Shown here one piece after another: positions 62,046-64,000 of a DNA stretch of 64,000 bases. Made by a program: the position numbers and the translations under genes. The stretch is from NCBI RefSeq assembly GCF_009834535.1, contig NC_045696.1:92692001-92756000 (forward strand), read 5' to 3'. The notes under the pieces are model-generated. The model was given only the letters and a program-made list of their open reading frames with translations, was not told where the DNA came from and did not search any database. The stretch is from Camelus ferus (Eukaryota). The stretch's first letter is position 1; each line of letters opens with the position of its first letter.

Positions 62046-63439
62046 TTGAGTTATAGTTAAAGATCTTCTTAATATTACTTTAATGTTCTATAGTAAGGGG
62101 TTCTTACTTCTTTACCCTAAGATGAATGAATAGCACTCTGTTCAATGAGATATAGCTGTAAAGGAATAAGATTGATTTTTTTTTCCCCATAAACATACCT
62201 GACGTGATTGATTCTTTTAATAAATCAAACAGAACTTACACAATTTGAATGACTATTGTTCCCTAAAGAAAGATTACCTGGGATGTTTATCTGTTGGCCA
62301 TTTCAGCTCCCAGGATGGTTTACACTTCATAAGTCCTCTACCTTGTCAGTTGTAATAATGTTGTAATAATTTAAGTCTTTCCTATCTGAAATAGTAATGA
62401 CTCATTAGTGCTTAGACAGTAAGGTCATTGCTTGTTGATTGTTCAGGCTGTACACTGCACAGCTCCAGGGATGGTATTCAGTGGGAATCTGCCCCAAAAG
62501 TTGTGCAATGCCACAGCACTGTAATTGCCATATATGCATATTGTTATGAGTGGGCTTCACATCACATGATAAGATGTTTATCAACTTGGTACATACAATC
62601 AAAATTTTAGAGCTGAAAGGAACCTCAGAAAGCCTTAATTGTTACCTTACTTTTCTCCCTCACTTATTTTAGTATTTTCTATAGACGTTAAAGGCCATAT
62701 ATGCAGCGTTCTAATAACTGACAGAATCAGACATATGTGTTATGCATCCCAGCAGATGTTAACCAATACAAATGTAATGATAGTGTTAATACTTTTTTTG
62801 TAACTGATATAAATTGTTCATGTGAAAGAGACCATTTTGCATTTACATTAGTTAAACATGTTTACCCATAAAATGATTGTAGAACTAGAAAGTGGCTACC
62901 CAAGCACCATTTCGGATGATGTAATAAGAAGGCAGAGTATAATCTTGTTCATTTAAAAATGGCTTATTAATAGAAAGCTTATGTTCCATTCACTACTTTT
63001 GCTCTATAGGATAGAGACGGACTTTTGACTTTGTTGTAAGGAGAGCTAAGATTCAGGTCCCCCAAATTAAGTCCATTGTAACCAAAAAGCTTTGGCTCTA
63101 TAGCTTTATGTGTATATATACGTAGAAATAAATCTGAAAATTAAAAAAAAAAAAAGGTAAATTGGTTAAACCAACATCCTGTTCTGGAGCTTAATGAAAT
63201 GAGTTTTTGAAATTATTTCATCTATTAAATACTTGTATCATTTTTAAAGAAAACTTGACTATAGAAATAAATGGGGTATTTATAAGTATACAGAATATAA
63301 CTGGTTGTTTTTTGGGGGCCATATGACTTTGGAATTTGCTTTTGCAACATGATATTAAAGCTAAACTCTATTCTACTTAATCTTTTTATTTTTATTTTAT
63401 TTTATTTTATTTATTTATTTTTTTACTTAATCTTTTTAG

Positions 63440-63600
63440 AAGAGCCATGTGGTGTCTTGCTGGTTAAGCTGGCAGGAGTAGAACTCACTGAAACTGGGAA
63501 GGTGTGGTTACAAAAAGAGCTAAAACCTTCCCAAGTACTATGGTTCCAACTTCTTGGAAAGGAGAATTCAGCACTCTTTTGCTACCTTTTAGTGAATAAG
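63440..63600 (+). CDS. C3orf33: C3orf33 homolog, coding exon 4 (gene continues beyond the window)
   Basis: ttttag|(K)EPCGVLLVKLAGVELTETGKVWLQKELKPSQVLWFQLLGKENSALFCYLLVNK|gtaagt; 161 nt; cumulative 483 nt in frame. Confidence 0.93.
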
Positions 63601-63876
63601 GTAAGTAGTGTGAAGAAATAACTAGTGATATTTTATTTTTATTATTTATACATAGATATGTCATTAGTTAGAACCATGAATATATAATGGACTGAGTTTT
63701 TTTTTGTCTTTTTGAACTACTTATAGTGATTATGTATAGATGACCAGGTGTTTCACTTATAAATTTTGTTATAAAATTTTAGTTATGTATGTTTATAATA
63801 GAAAAAATAGAGAATTAAGAAAAAGAAAAAACTTCAAATTATTCATGACTCTGGACATTGCTAATTTAAGGTGTAT

Positions 63877-64000
63877 CTTTTTTTTTTTTGGTAGGGGGAG
63901 GTAATCTGGTTTATTTATTATTGTTATTATTTCTTCAATGGCAGTACTGGGGACTGAACCTAGGACCTTGTGCATGCTAGGCACACACTCTACCACTGAG
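63877..64000 (-). mobile_element. Camelid tRNA-derived SINE cut by the window edge
   Basis: Poly(T), ggggaggtaat, gtactggggactgaacctaggacc...ctctaccactgag. Confidence 0.88.

Overview
Mammalian genomic DNA, most likely a camelid (alpaca/camel), inferred from nine copies of a tRNA-Ala-derived SINE of the camelid Vic-1 type and artiodactyl-type L1 3' ends. The window holds the complete six-exon SLC33A1 (AT-1, ER acetyl-CoA transporter) coding sequence on + (16402..37840, 1653 nt, 550 aa plus stop). It also holds the first four coding exons of C3orf33 on + (55294..63600; the gene continues past the window). Each gene has a CpG-island promoter. A third CpG island at the left edge is probably the promoter edge of the divergent GMPS gene (synteny inference only). 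SLC33A1 intron 1 carries an antisense ATP5MF (ATP5J2) processed pseudogene with poly(A) tail and target-site duplication (TSD). The rest is L1, L2, MIR, MaLR, ERV LTRs, DNA transposons and simple repeats; subfamily names are from recall, not a database search. I found no clearly new biological system. The most interesting points are a perfect ER-stress element (CCAAT-N9-CCACG) in the SLC33A1 promoter, a 105-codon overlapping upstream ORF that stays open across three C3orf33 exons, a poly(A)-only insertion that duplicated a C3orf33 splice-acceptor region, and an unidentified retrocopy-like fragment beside SLC33A1 exon 4.
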